From Octopus vulgaris (lineage: Eukaryota): a DNA stretch of 64,000 nucleotides. A program made the position numbers and the translations under genes. This document shows, in pieces, positions 1 through 12,780 of the stretch. Location of the stretch: NCBI GenBank assembly GCA_951406725.2, contig OX597829.1, positions 18,290,001 through 18,354,000 of the forward strand. Reading direction: 5' to 3'. Position 1 is the stretch's first letter. Every line of letters starts with the position of its first letter. The notes below the pieces were generated by a model. It did no database searches. It was given only the letters and a program-made list of their open reading frames with translations, and had not been told where the DNA came from.

Positions 1-52
1 AACCATGTGGTTCGTAAGCAAGCTACTTACCACACAGCCACTCCTACGCCTA

Positions 53-1512
53 CAAAGTTTAGAAATGATCTTCAGCAAGATCATTTCTGAACTTATTCCA
101 CAGTTGAACAGGACTGCTTACTTCACAATTTTTGAGAATAATAGCAAAAAGACATTTTAAAGTTTTAGATGTTTTTGATGTTGAAGCTTCTTCCAGTGTT
201 GCTTCCCATTGCTGATCATTTGCAAGAAAACCTAACTTGAAACACGCTTTTCGATGTGTCCTGGAAATCTCACCATCAACTTGTTTCAAACTATCCCATG
301 CAATTGGTTCTCTTTTTACACGAAGAAGAATTCTGAAATGAAAGCATTCAATTTGGTTAGGATGTGCAATCTACCAATTGTGGTTCCAAACTTAATTCCA
401 GAGTGACCTTGAACCTTTGTACCTATTTTGCATGCGTTCCATTTACTATTACTTCATGTGTAATAAGAAGGAACCTCGTGAAATAGCAGTGTTTTTGCAA
501 AATTGTCCCCCCAACAAAGATTGAAAGAGGCTGTTAAAGTGGCATCCTTTGGATTTGAAACTTGTTTTGTAACTGTCTCAGCAGTGAAGTAAACCCTTTG
601 ACCATTTTCTAAATGCACAGAAAGTTGTTGAATGGCTGGGTGCCTTTCTGAATTGGGAATCCAGATGTGCGCCAGAAGGCCTCATTACTGCTTTTATATC
701 TCTCTAATTGGTATTGTTTAACTTCGTCGTTAGTGTTGACTCGAATGGCGAAAGAAGCAACACTACTGCCTTTATTTATGTATTTGCATACATACTTTAT
801 GCTCTTCATGGAATTACAATACTCTGCATTGATATGAGCAATGAAAGTCTTTGACAGAAATGGGCAGCAAGGAACTATCCATCGATTGTCTACTTCACGA
901 TTTCCAACATTGGCTTGCTCTCCTTCATCTTCAGGTTTCATTCTGTATGTGGGATATCCATCGTTGGAAAATTGAGTGTGATAAATAACAATTCTTTGGA
1001 TATTTTGGGGGAATTTCCCTTCCTTCATGCATGGTGAGTGAGGGTTTTGAGCACAAGGGTCATTTATTCTTGCTTCGGTATTTTGACAGAGAAATGTAAC
1101 GTTTGATGCGTGTGTGTGTGTGTGATGTTTTAGTGAGGGAAAGAGAGAAAGAAAGAATGAATGAAAAAAGAGACACGAAGAGAGAAAGAAGGAACAGAGA
1201 AAGAAAGAGACGAAGAGGGAAAGAAGGGGAGAGAAAGAGAGAGAGAAAAGAAAGAAAGAAAATAGACAGATAGAGAAGAAAAAAATCATAGAGATGGTGT
1301 CTGGTTTTAGTTTCACTTTGTGGGACAAACAAACAAAGCGAATCTCTTTGAAGTAGCATGGCAGAGAGACAGACGGACAGACAAAGAATATAGAGAGGAA
1401 GAGAGAATAGAGGAGACATGGAAAGAAAATCATAGAGTGATGGTGTCTGGTTTTAGTTTCACTTTGTGGGACAAACAGACAGAATCTCTCTTGTATATAT
1501 ATAGATATAAGA
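53..1512 (-). mobile_element. Degenerate, internally deleted Helitron (5' end plus Rep-domain fragment)
   Basis: Broken frames encode DGYPTYR, VDNRWIVPCCPFLSKTFIAHINAEYCNSMKSIKYVCKYINKG and ACFKLGFLANDQQWEATLEEA, all homologous to the RepHel at 26079-29672. A Helitron-like 5' start A|TCTTATATCTATATATATACAAGAGAGATTCTGTCTGTTTGTC lies near 1512. Confidence 0.85.
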
Positions 1513-1530
1513 TTATAAGATATATATATA

Positions 1531-2092
1531 TACGGGGAAGAGTCAAAAATTGAACGCACTCTTGTTTTTTCAATGTTTACACAGAAGCCGGGGATAAACA
1601 AGTACTTCATTTTTCTCTATAGTCTCCTTCCTTTTCGATGCACTTGGTCCAGCGATCCACAGGCTTGCGTATTTCCTCTAAGAAGAAAGTTTCGGTTGGT
1701 CATGCAACCATTTATGCACCGCTTCCTTCATATCTTCATCCATAGGAAATCGACGACCTCGTAAATTATCTCTGAGCAGTCCAAAGATATGATAGTCGAG
1801 AGGGTGAGATTTGGGCTGTAGGCAGTGTGTTGCAGCACCTAAAAACCCAATTGGTTAATGGTTTCAACGGTCTGGTCGGCTGTGTGTGGGCATGCATTGT
1901 CATGCAACAACAAATCTTTCTTCAACAGGCGCAGGAGTGGTTGTGTGGTAAGTAGCTTGCTAACCAACCACATGATTCCGGGTTCACTCCCACTGCATGG
2001 CATCTTGGGCAAGTGTCTTCTGCTATAGCCCCGGGCCAACCAATGCCTTGTGAGTGGATTTGGTAGACGGAAACTGAAAGAAGCCTGTCGTA

Positions 2093-2137
<45 letters not shown>

Positions 2138-2639
2138 TTGTGTGTCTGTGTTTGTCCCTCTAGCATTGCTTGACAGCCGATGCTGGTGTGTTTACGTCCC
2201 CGTCACTTAGCGGTTCGGCAAAAGTGACCGACAGAATAAGTACTAGGCTTACAAAGAATAAGTCCCAGGGTCGATTTGCTCGACTAAAGGCGGTGCTCCA
2301 GCATGGCCGCAGTCAAATGACTGAAACAAGTAAAAGAGTAAAAGAGTAAATAGGCTTCGGCGTTTGGTGCTAATTGTTGGCTTCAATTTATTGGCCAGCA
2401 AAGCATTGTATCTTAAACCGTTGATAGTACGCCCCTTTTTCCCGAGATATCGGATCACTGCTCTGGTGCACACTGCTCGTGGAGCGGCCATGTAAAGCCA
2501 GAAAGAAAAATGGCGTGATCAAGCCCAAACTTCGATCGCGTGACAAAAATAGTAATAACTACAAGCACGCATGTGCAGAAGGCGGTGCGACAATAATAAA
2601 GATATGTTATGGTGAAAGTGTGGATTAAATTTTTACTTC

Positions 2640-2647
<8 letters not shown>
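1531..2647 (-). mobile_element. Internally deleted mariner (Tc1/mariner) transposon interrupted by a SINE
   Basis: Remnant frames MAAPRAVCTRAVIRYL, KRRSL|LKKDLLLHDNACPHTA and VLQHTAYSPNL resemble the HDNARPH and YSPDLAP mariner motifs. Degenerate TIRs (tacggggaagagtcaaaaattgaacgcac vs the reverse complement tatgagaggaagtaaaaatttaatccacac) sit in (TA)n. Confidence 0.8.
1927..2350 (+). mobile_element. tRNA-derived SINE family A (representative copy)
   Basis: Head aggcgcaggagtggctgtgtggtaag...ggttcagtccc carries A/B-box-like motifs, followed by an internal microsatellite and the tail gactgaaacaagtaaaagagtaaaagag. Other copies or fragments: 1-52(-), 2870-3325, 3735-4159, 6760-7060, 8572-8978(-), 10449-10616, 16983-17337, 17360-17800, 19236-19635, 34915-35135(-), 35840-36410(-), 36640-37293(-), 39658-40058, 40060-40185(-), 41695-41843(-), 55640-56460. 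Confidence 0.9.
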
Positions 2648-2695
<48 letters not shown>

Positions 2696-3029
2696 AAGAG
2701 GGGGAGAAGATCAGTTAAAGCCAAACTCCAACGTGTTGAATGACCATTGTTTTTTAAAATAAAAACAAACGGACTTTTCTCCTTGGCACGAAAATGATGT
2801 AAGGCGGACAAAATAAATGAAGTCTGTTTTATTAGTTACTGTGGTCAATACAAAACTAGTTTCACGACTAGGCGCGGGAGTGGCTGTGTGCAGTGTAACT
2901 TGCTTACCAACCACATGGTTCCAGGTTCAGTCCCACTGCGTGGCATCTTAAGCAAGTGTCTTAGCCTCGGGCCGACCAAAGCCCTGTGAGTGGATTTGGT
3001 AGACGGAAACTGAAAGAAGCCCGTCGTGT

Positions 3030-3061
<32 letters not shown>

Positions 3062-4176
3062 ATGTGTGTGTGTGTGTGTGTGTGTCTGTGTGTGTGTGTG
3101 TGTGTCTGTGTGTGTGTATGTGTCTGTGTCTGTGTTTGTCCCTCCAACATCACTTGACAATCGATGCTGGTGTGTTTACGTCTCCATAACTTAGCGGTTT
3201 GGCAAAAGAGCCCGATAGAATAAGTACTAGGCCTACAAAGAATAAGTCCATGGGTCGATTTGCTCGACCGAAGGCGGTGCTCCAGCATGACCGCAGTCAA
3301 ATCACTAAAACAAATAAAAGAATAAACTAAATGAATCGATTTTTTTAAAAAATTAATTTAATTTAGAAGCAGATTTTCCGATCTTCAGATGTATATACCA
3401 TATTTTAAGAAAACATATAAATAACTATAAAATACATTTACCTTCATTTATCCACATCAATTCGTAACCCAAGGTATTCAGTATACTGAAAATAGTAAGA
3501 GAAGGAGTGACGTGCTGGCTTAGGACGGCGAGCAGGTAGAACATTAGTACACTGGACAAAATGAATAGCGGCATTTAATCCGTCTCTGCATTCTGAGTTC
3601 AAATTTTGCCGAGGTCAGCTTTGCTTTTCATTTGTTCGGGGTTGATAAAATAAGTACCAGTTGGTGTAATTGACTTACCCAATCCCCCAAATTGATGGCC
3701 TTATGCCAAAAGGTGAAACCAATATTTACATATTCGCAAGAGTGGCTGTGTGGTAAGTAGCTTGCTTACCAACCAACCACATGGTTCCGGGTTCAGTCCC
3801 ACTGCATGGCACCTTGGGCAAGTGTCTTCTACTATAGCCTCATGCCGACCAAAGCCTTGAGAGTGGATTTGGTAGACGGAAACTGAAAGAAGACCATCAT
3901 ATATATGTTTATACATATATTTATATATGTGTGTGTGTGTGTGTGTGCACGTGTCTGTATTTGTCTCCCCCCCCAACATCACTTGACAACCGATGCTGGT
4001 GTGTTTACATCCCCGTAACTTAGCGGTTCAGCAAGAGAAACCGATAGGATAAGTACTAGGCTTACAAAGAATAAGTTCTGTGGTCGATTTGCTCAACTAA
4101 AGGTGGTACTCCAGCATGGCCACAGTCAAATGACTGAAACAAATAAAAGAATAAAAGAGTGTGTGTGTGTGTGTGT

Positions 4177-6392
4177 ATTGGTGGAGTTCCATAATGTCAA
4201 CACAAGGGAACTAGGCCCCTTCCTCAGACTAAGCTACGGCAGTGACTATTTAGATAAAGCTTCAAGCATATAGTTTCCATCCGGATATTGTACGATGGGT
4301 TGGTGCCTTCCTCTCAGATTGCTCCTTCCAAGTCCAAGTTAATGGTTTGCGGTCCGACGTCTCCAGTGCGAGCAGTGGCGTGCCTCAAGGTTCAGTGCTT
4401 GGGCCCTTGTTGTTCTTAGTCTTCATAAATGACTTGCCGGACGACCTCACGCAGTACACCCTTCTATTTGCCGACGATATCAAACTGGTCGCTCCTCGCG
4501 GTAATATAGAGGATCTTCGTCGATGCCTCCACCAAATTTGGAAGTGGTCTAACGATTGGGACCTGTGTCTGAACATGTCAAAGTGCTGTCATCTGCCTGT
4601 CGGCTCTACTCCTGCAACTCAACTTGATTTCGAGCCGGGTCGTCTGCTGCTGGAGAGGACCGATCAGGTAAAGGACCTAGGTATCTTGGTGGATTCCTCC
4701 ATTTCGCCTTCGGCCCAGTGCGTCCATGCTGCCAACAAAGCACGCGGAATTCTGTTCTTGATTCGACGGTCATTCGGAATGCTCACAGCAGCCATATTCC
4801 TACCATTCTATGTCACGCTGGTGAGACCCATATTGGAGTATGGGATTCAAGCCTCTTCTCCTTATCTCCTCAAAGACATACAGCATCTCGAAAGAGTCCA
4901 GAAGCTGGCTACCCGCATGGTTCATGGTCTCAAAAATTTGTCCTACGAAGAAAGGCTCAGGACGCTCGACCTTTATTCTCTTGAAAAACGCCGCCGCCGT
5001 AGTGATCTCATTCTCGCCCACAACATCATAAGCGGAAAGTGTAACCTCTCGAAAGAGCTGTTCTTCACTCCTGCTCCAGAGCGTCGGCTGCGGGGTCATT
5101 CCGAAAAGCTCTACCTGCGACGATTTCATCTCAATCGAAGGAGAGGAGCTTTCTCCGTCCGGGTTGCGGATCCGTGGAACAAGCTGCCAGACGAGATGGT
5201 AAAGATGCCGACGACCGCTTTGTTCAAAGCCTCTCTGGACCTCAAGTGGCCTGAACTCTTTACATGAACACCACCCTGTACTTAACTCCATGTCCCCCTA
5301 CATGGCCTTGCTATTTGCTTTTGAGCCAAATTAACTAACTAACTAACTAACTAATTAACCATGACCTCAGTAGATTCTGCCCCACCAGGTCACAGAGGGG
5401 AAGGCCACCCACCATCACTTCAGCAGTGAAAAAAGCACCACTGAGCGCTGGAGTGGCTGGGCCGCACCCGCCCAAAACCCTGAGAACAACAATCAGGTGA
5501 AAGAAATGATTGCACATGAAATAGGGTCCAGTGTTAAAATCACCATGAAGAACCACATAGTAAAGTTAAATAAAAAATATTATACATGCAGGTTCAAGGT
5601 GCAGTCATCGGTGTCGGTGTAGCTGGAGATGTGGCCTGGTGGGACAGAAAACTTAAGCAAATGTTAGCAGAACAGTCCACAACTCTTCTACTCTACAGTA
5701 GATATGTAGATGACATTAATATCATAGTTAAGACCAATCTAGTAACTGAGAGGAACGTAAGGGAGAGCATCCAGCAAGTGACTAACTCCATCCACCAAAG
5801 TATGAAGGTTACAATAGATTACCTCACTAAGCACCTCAATAATAGACCTGATACTGAACTTTGGTCAGAGACTGTAAACAATAGAATGCAGCTCCTCCAC
5901 TCCTATTACATGAAACATGTAGCTTCAAAATATGTTTTTCACAAGAACTCAGCTTAGTCACATAACATGAAAATTAACATACTGATAGCAGACTTAGGAT
6001 AATGAACAACGTGTCCCCACTATGCGAACCCTATGAAGTGAAAAAACATAAACAGAACTTCATGCACCGCATGCAGTTCTCTGGATATAATCAGAAAGAT
6101 AGGGTTCGAGTATACAGGGAAGCTAGAAAGAAGTTAGATAACATTATACATCATGATACCAGTGGTACCTGCCCTAGATATAGAAACAAAGACTGCAATA
6201 CGATAAAAAGAACTTGTGACAAAGCAAACAAGGTGAACACGTGGTATAAAACCGACAAATATCAAGGAGTGATGTTTGTAGAGGCCACAGCCCATGGATC
6301 AAAACTATGTAGGATGTACCCCTTTGAGAATACTATATGCACCAATGATAACTGCACGGTATGTAGGATTAGCTCTGGCGTTAATTGTAGAA
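4177..6392 (+). mobile_element. Degenerate Penelope-like retroelement RT fragment, interrupted by a CR1-type LINE
   Basis: Frames encode QVQGAVIGVGVAGDVA, LYSRYVDDINII, HSYYMKHVASKYVFHKNSA, FMHRMQFSGY and VMFVEAT, a PLE-type RT and thumb. The frame LRLSYGSDYLD|NHDLSRFCPTRSQRGRPPTIT rejoins across the CR1 insertion. Confidence 0.7.
4258..5355 (+). mobile_element. 5'-truncated CR1-group LINE (RT C-terminal half)
   Basis: ORF 4347-5267 contains SGVPQGSVLGPLLFLVFINDL, LFADDIKL, KDLGILVD, YEERL and LRGH..KL..RR..FSVRV..PWNKLP. A short 3' UTR ends in a (TAAC)n tail. Confidence 0.93.
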
Positions 6393-6457
6393 CCATGTGA
6401 TTGGTAAGCAAGCTACTTAGCATACAACCACTCCTATGCCTATATATATATATATAT

Positions 6458-6488
<31 letters not shown>

Positions 6489-7769
6489 TATGTATACACA
6501 CTCACACACACACACATATGTATACACACTCACACACACACACATATATATATATAAAATGAAGTATAAAGAAAGGAGAAAATTGGATTTGAATTGAATT
6601 TTAAAGTTCGTCTACACTTACAATTTTTTCCTTTGTTTATACTTCATTTACTGTTTTTGTAAATACTGAATATATATTTTTATATATATTCTTTACTTGG
6701 ACTGGTATGTTTGACATTCCTTTGAAGGATTTTGGTCCTCACCTCTTTTATATATATATATGATAGGCTTCTTTCAGTTTCCGTCTACCAAATCCACTCA
6801 GAAGGCTTTGGTCGACCTGAGGTTATAGTAGAAGACACTATGTATATGTTTGTGTGTCTGTGTTTGTCCCCCAACCATTGCTTGACAACCAATGTTGATG
6901 TGTTTATATCCCCGTTACTGAGCGGCGTCGGCAAAAGAGACCAATCAAATAAGTACTAACTAGGCTTACAAAGAATAAATCCTGGGTTGATTTGTTTGAC
7001 TAAAGGTGGTGCTCCAGCATGGCTGCAGTCAAATGACTGAAACAAGTTAAAAGAGTAAAATTAACATGGGTATCATGTTATTAGGCTCGAAAAATAAGGG
7101 GTGTTACCTTAGTTCACTGGTAGTGGTATTACCTTAGTTCACTGGTAGTGAATGGCTGACACCGTAGTACATCTCCAGTGTTAGAAGCTGCACAAAGACA
7201 ATAAAATAATAATACTAATAATAATAATGATAATAATAATAATAATAATCTTATCTTCTAATAAGTACAAAACTTGCCATTTTGGGGAGTGGGGGCTAGT
7301 AATCGATTACATCGACCACCAGTGATCAGCTGGTATCTATTTCATTGACCTCGAAAGGATGAAAATCAAAGTCAACCTTGATGGTATTTGTGCTCTGAAC
7401 ATAAAACCAGAACAGATGCCACTAGGCACTTTTGTCTAATACAGTAATGATTCTGCCAACAAGCCACTTTTACAAAATATGGAATTTTAGCATCTTTTCA
7501 GACGCTGATGTTGCAAATAGCCACCAAGTTTATTAAAAAATAATTATCTGCGACAGGAGTGGTATCAATACCATAAGGTAAACATTATATACACAATAAC
7601 ACAGATGCATTGTTAGAACATCTGAATACTGCATTATTTCATTATAAATCAGGGAGGGGGTAACTTTTTAGTGCGGAAGGAAAAAATTTGGATCTTTTCG
7701 GTTTGAATGGCAGTTTTTTAAAAATAATTACATTTCATGTCCTCTCCAGTTTTGCACTGGCCTGGGCTA

Positions 7770-8075
7770 AATGTAAGAAAACCCTGGGTAGCCCAATCAT
7801 CAGGATTCCTCTCTTGACCTTGCTGACATAGTCCAAAGGAATTCAGAGCATTACGTTTGGCACCAGCTTGGTTGCAGGAGCTGCCAGAAGAGTGTCGAGT
7901 CGAACACTAAACCGCCTACGGGTCTCCACTCCGGATTTCTTTGAAGGTTGTCTCTTTCTCGTAACCCTGGAAAGGGGCCCATACCGGGTACTGTCAGCTG
8001 GAGCCAGCTAAGCCCAGGACTCGAGTCAGGCAGGGTCATCACTCCCTGAAGTAGTGAAAATAATCGCTACCCACT
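7770..8075 (+). mobile_element. GC-rich fragment resembling an RTE-clade 5' UTR
   Basis: Motifs tacgtttggcaccagcttggttgcaggagctgcc and ctccactccggattt recall RTE/BovB-type 5' UTRs. This is from memory, not an alignment. Confidence 0.35.
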
Positions 8076-8244
8076 ACCAACCACTTTATAGAATATACTG
8101 GCTGCGTTTTATCATGCCACCAGCACTAGAGACATTTGCTTGTTGTCAACAAGATTAACGGATCTTCTCAATACTGTGTTGCCTTTGTCTGATCACCAAC
8201 TACTTCACAGTCTACTAGAGGTAGACTGTATCATGGCACCATTA

Positions 8245-8475
8245 AGGCAGCAAGCTGGCAGAAATGTTAGCACGCCGGGTGAAATGCTTATCGGTATTTC
8301 GTCTGTCGTTACGTTCTGAGTTCAAATTCCACCGAGGTCGACTTTGCCTTTCTTCCTTTCGGGGTCGATTAAATAAGTACCAGTTACGCACTGGGGTCGA
8401 TGTAATCGACTTAATCCATTTGTCTGCCCTTGTTTGTCCCTTCTGTGTTTAGCCCCTTGTGGGTAGTAAAGAAAT
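8245..8475 (+). mobile_element. tRNA-derived SINE family B (representative copy)
   Basis: Consensus aaggcggcgagctggcagaaacgttagc...gagttcaaattcc (B box)...ctttcggggtcgat...gggtagtaaagaaata, with an approximate TSD tgtaYcatRgcaccat. Other copies: 3522-3722, 7255-7470(-), 16240-16490(-), 33869-34350, 34007-34236(-), 42806-43235, 42932-43163(-), 53660-54022(-), 54675-54893, 57477-57925, 59568-59780, 59835-60060(-), 61180-61392(-). Confidence 0.9.
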
Positions 8476-9615
8476 ATGTACCATAGCACCATCACTAGTG
8501 AGATAGTTATACCCTCAGCAAGACTAAGGAGCCCTCTTGAGTCTTTAGTCTCTACTTGTTTACCAACTACTCTTTACTCTTTACTCTTTTACTTGTTTCA
8601 GTCATTTGACTGCGGCCATGCTGGAGCACCGCCTTTAGTCGAGCAAATCGACCCCGGGACTTATTCTTTGTAAGCCCAGTACTTATTCTATCGGTCTCTT
8701 TTGCCAAACCGCTAAGTGATAGGGACGTAAACACACCAGCATCGGTTGTCAAGCAATGCTAGGGGGACAAACACAGACACAGAAACACAAACACACACAC
8801 ACACATATATATATACATATATACGACAGGCTTCTTTCAGTTTCCGTCTACCAAATCCACTCACAAAGCATTGGTCGGCCCGGGGCTATAGCAGAAGATA
8901 CTTGCCTAAGATGCCACGCAGTGGGACTGAACCCGGAACCATGTGGTTGGTTAGCAAGCTACTTACCACACAGCCACTAACCATTTTATATCATGGTTCT
9001 GGATTTAATTAAAGATAAACTTAATTTTGAATATTTTCCAAGTGAATGAAAGATATAACTATAATCTATGTATTCCTCAATATATTAGAGGGAATTTGGT
9101 TACTACTTCTGGAAATCTGAGTAACAGCCTAGAAGCTACTGGTTGGTGCCAGCGTTTAAACTAGTAGGGTGTGTTGCTGAAAGCTATACTTGACATAATA
9201 CTTAAAGCAGGATATGAATTAATATAGTGATAATTTACAAAAAAACAAAAGATGAAGACGGATGTGTAAACAACAAACAGCTGTATTAGTTTAACACTAA
9301 GTGAGAAAATCTTTTATGTTTCGAGCCTATGCTCTTTGACAGAAAGGAACACAGAAATAAACAGGAAGAGAACATAGAAACAATAGGAAAAAGCAGAAAG
9401 TATAAAAATATTTAGAAGAGTTCAAAAGGTTCAAACATCATGATGTATTGGAGCGATTTCTCATCAAAAGAAGAGTCCAGTGTAATCCATGGGTAGGAGA
9501 AGTGCAGCCGAAGTGTAGGAGTCCAGGTGTAGGAGAGTAGGAGAAAGTTCAGGTAGAATAGTCAAGAAAAGTTCTAAGTCGAGAATGTTCTTGAATTTAA
9601 TCTGCTTGGGTATTA

Positions 9616-10011
9616 TCTTTATATATAAAAGAAAGGTTGTGTGTCTGTCTACTCCGATTTAGATTCCTAACTACTCCCACATTTTGCGGTGCAGTTTAAC
9701 CAAAACCGGGCATCTTATATTCGTGATTCATATCAAGCCATTCTGGGTATTAGCGCGTGTCTACGATGAGTCTACGATTTTAAAAATAATTTACCATCAT
9801 TTTTTTCCATTTTAATGCATATTTTTTTTAATGTAAGAGAAGTAACTCACTAAAAATGTCTACGATGAGTCAACGATTTTAAAAACAATTTACCACAATT
9901 TTTTTTTCCATTTTTAATGCATTTTTTCCTATTTTTTGGCTATAACTCTCTAAAAATGCTTATATAGTTATTTCCCTTACAAACCCGAGCAACGCCGGGC
10001 GATACTGCTAG
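9616..10011 (+). mobile_element. Complete non-autonomous Helitron (family N1)
   Basis: Starts A|TCTTTATATATAAAAG and ends with the hairpin cccgagcaacgccggg followed by CTAG|T. It has no TSD, and the hairpin is the same as in the autonomous element. Confidence 0.92.
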
Positions 10012-10899
10012 TTTTATTTAAATTGATTTGACAACTCACACTTGTCATATCTAATTTATATTATGTTGATAAGAAAGGAGAAATAAAAAGGCTTGGGCTT
10101 GAATTTATGGATACTATAACTAGGAACATTTGTTTGTTCCTTCTCATGCCATGCCCGGCTCATAAGGGCCAGTTTCCCGGTTTCCTTGGCGTATAGGTTC
10201 CCCACCTGGACGGGACGCCGGTTCATTGCAGGTGAGCTGCAAGATGCAGGAGGAAAGAGTGAGAGAAAGTTGTGGTGAAAGAGTCAGCAGAAGTTCGCCA
10301 TTACCTTCTGCCGGAGCTGCATGGAGCTTAGGTGTTTCGCTCATAAACACACACATCGCCTGGTCTGAGATTTGAACCTGCGATCCCTCAACCGTGAATC
10401 TGCTGCTCTAACCACTAGGCCATGTGCCTCCACTAAACTAGGAACATAACAACTGATGCTGGTGTGTTTACATCCCCGTAACTTAGCGGTTCGGCAAAAG
10501 AGACTGATAGAATAAGTACTAGGCTTACAAAGAATAGGTCCTGGAGGCGATTTGTTCGACTAAAGGTGGTGCTCCAGCATGGCCACATTCAAATGACTGA
10601 AACGAGTAAAAGAGTAATATATGTGATGTACGTATGTATGTATGTATATATGTATATATGTGTGTGTGTGTGTGTATGAGTGTGTGTTTGTGTGTGTGCG
10701 TGTGAGTGTGTGTGTGTGTGTGTGTATGATATTTACCATGTAAATTATGATGAAAAAAATATGAGAAAGATATGGTATATAATTTTTTTCTTTTTGCAGT
10801 GGTTCTTTGAGACATTTAATTTATTTTAAAATTTACACAAGGGTAAAAAAGGTTGAGAAACACTGGCTTAAATTAAAGAATTATGTCCAAAATGGTTAG

Positions 10900-10994
<95 letters not shown>

Positions 10995-10998
<4 letters not shown>

Positions 10999-12166
10999 GT
11001 TATTCAGTTTTATTTCAAGATTTCTTGCCAGTAGAAAAAGAGCCATTTCTAACCTAGATCCATGACTCCTTCATTAGAATTTCAACATCAACAACAAAGT
11101 ATTTTTGTTTGTATTTATGTATATGTGCAGATTTGTATGTTTTGTTTTATGTATGTATTCTCATGCATATAGTTACATATCTAGACAAGCTCATATATAC
11201 TTAAATGATAAACTTCTGGAAAGTTTTACAGATTTTTACAGTTCCAGTGATGGATTGGATCTGTAGTCCTTGAATTAGCTTTCTCCTTTCTGGTTCTGAG
11301 AAGTCTAATTTTTCAAGATTGGTATTTAGGCAGTGTGTTACATATCCCAGAGCCCCAATAATTACAGGTATAAACCTGAATTTGTGATCTGGATAGAGTA
11401 ACAGCAGATTTTTCAATAGATCAGCATAGGTATTCTCTTTTTTACTGATCTTCAGCTTTATGTTAACATCCACTGAGTAGCTAATTTCCACAACTGTACA
11501 GTCTCTCTTCTCTATCCCAAATCATTATATCAGGTCTGTTGTGCTTACATTTTATAAAGGTTTTCACTGGGACTTTCCACCAGTATTCCTTTTTATTATG
11601 AGTGGCTATGGCTTCTGCCATATTGTAGCTTCTTATTTCTTTGTCCTCGGGGTAATCCTTCCGACGTATTTCATTATATTGTGTCCTAGCCACAAGGTCA
11701 TGTCTCGATAGATAATACTGTGATGACACTTTTGGACAACTGCTTTTGATGTGGGTGATATCTTTGGTGCTAATTCCACAAAGTCTGCATCAGTTGTCAC
11801 ATTTTATTGCTTTTCCTGCATCTCTAATACTTTTGAGCATCAGGTACTTGTTTAATATTTCCTCTTCCTGGGTTGCAAATGCATACCCTTCAAAGTGGGA
11901 GGTACTGATCTGGTTATTGGTCTGTGATAAACTGGTTTAATGATCAATGTAACTTTCATCACAGAGCTTTCTACTAACATATCCATGCATAAATCTTCTG
12001 CTCATATAGGCTCATCCTTTCATCTGATATGTTGTGGTAAAGTTGTGTGACTTCTTTGGGCATGTATTCTAGGTTATCAAACAAGGAATATTGTTCAAGG
12101 AGCTGCCTTCCATGTCTTATGTTATCAGCCACATGTAAGCAAACTTGGTCAAGGGATACACATCGA
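10995..12166 (-). mobile_element. 5'-truncated non-LTR retrotransposon with restriction-like endonuclease (R4/Dong-like)
   Basis: Frames encode CRLCGISTKDITHIKSSC (CCHC knuckle), YLSRHD, HNRPDIMIWD...EIS...K (PD-(D/E)xK) and FIPVIIGALG. The element is bounded by (TG)n and (TATG)n. Confidence 0.85.
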
Positions 12167-12780
12167 TGTATGTATGTATGTATGTATGTATGTATGTGTA
12201 TGTGTGTGTGTATGTATGTATGTATGTATTTGTGTGTATGTACGTATGCATGTATGTATGTATGTATGCATTGTATGTATGTATGTATGTATGTATGTAT
12301 GTGTGTGTGTATGTATGAATGAATGAATGAATGAATGTATGTATGCATATATGTATGTATGTTTGTATGTGTGTGTGTGTATGTGCGTATGTATTTGTAT
12401 GTATGTATGTGTGTATGTATGTATGTATGTATGTATGGATGGATGTATGCATGGATGTATGTATGTATGCATGTATGTATGTATGTATGTATGTTTGTAT
12501 GTGTATGTGTGTATGTATGTGTGTGTATGTATGTATGTATGTATGTATGTATGTATGTATGTATGTATGCATGTATATATGGATGTATGTGTGTATGTAT
12601 GTGTGTATGTATGTATGTATGTATGTATGCATGCATGCATGTATGTATGTATGTATGTATGTGTGTATGTATGTATGTATGTTTGTATGTGTATGTGTGT
12701 ATGTATGTGTGTGTATGTATGTATGTGTGTATGTATGCATGCATATGTTTGTGTAGGTGTTTTATATATGTATATGTGTA
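12167..12780. repeat. Long compound (TATG)n/(TG)n microsatellite
   Basis: Seen directly in the sequence. Similar tracts occur at 55795-56245, with (TA)n at 56790-57060 and 62530-62740. Confidence 0.95.

Noticed and set aside
1060-1610. Hydrophobic F/L/S-rich 'membrane protein' ORFs (also 54726-55460, 58272-58731)
   Set aside because: These are translations of low-complexity GA/CT tracts.
7098-7151. Short tandem duplications (25 bp here; 32 bp at about 15410-15472)
   Set aside because: These are ordinary slippage duplications with no sign of function.
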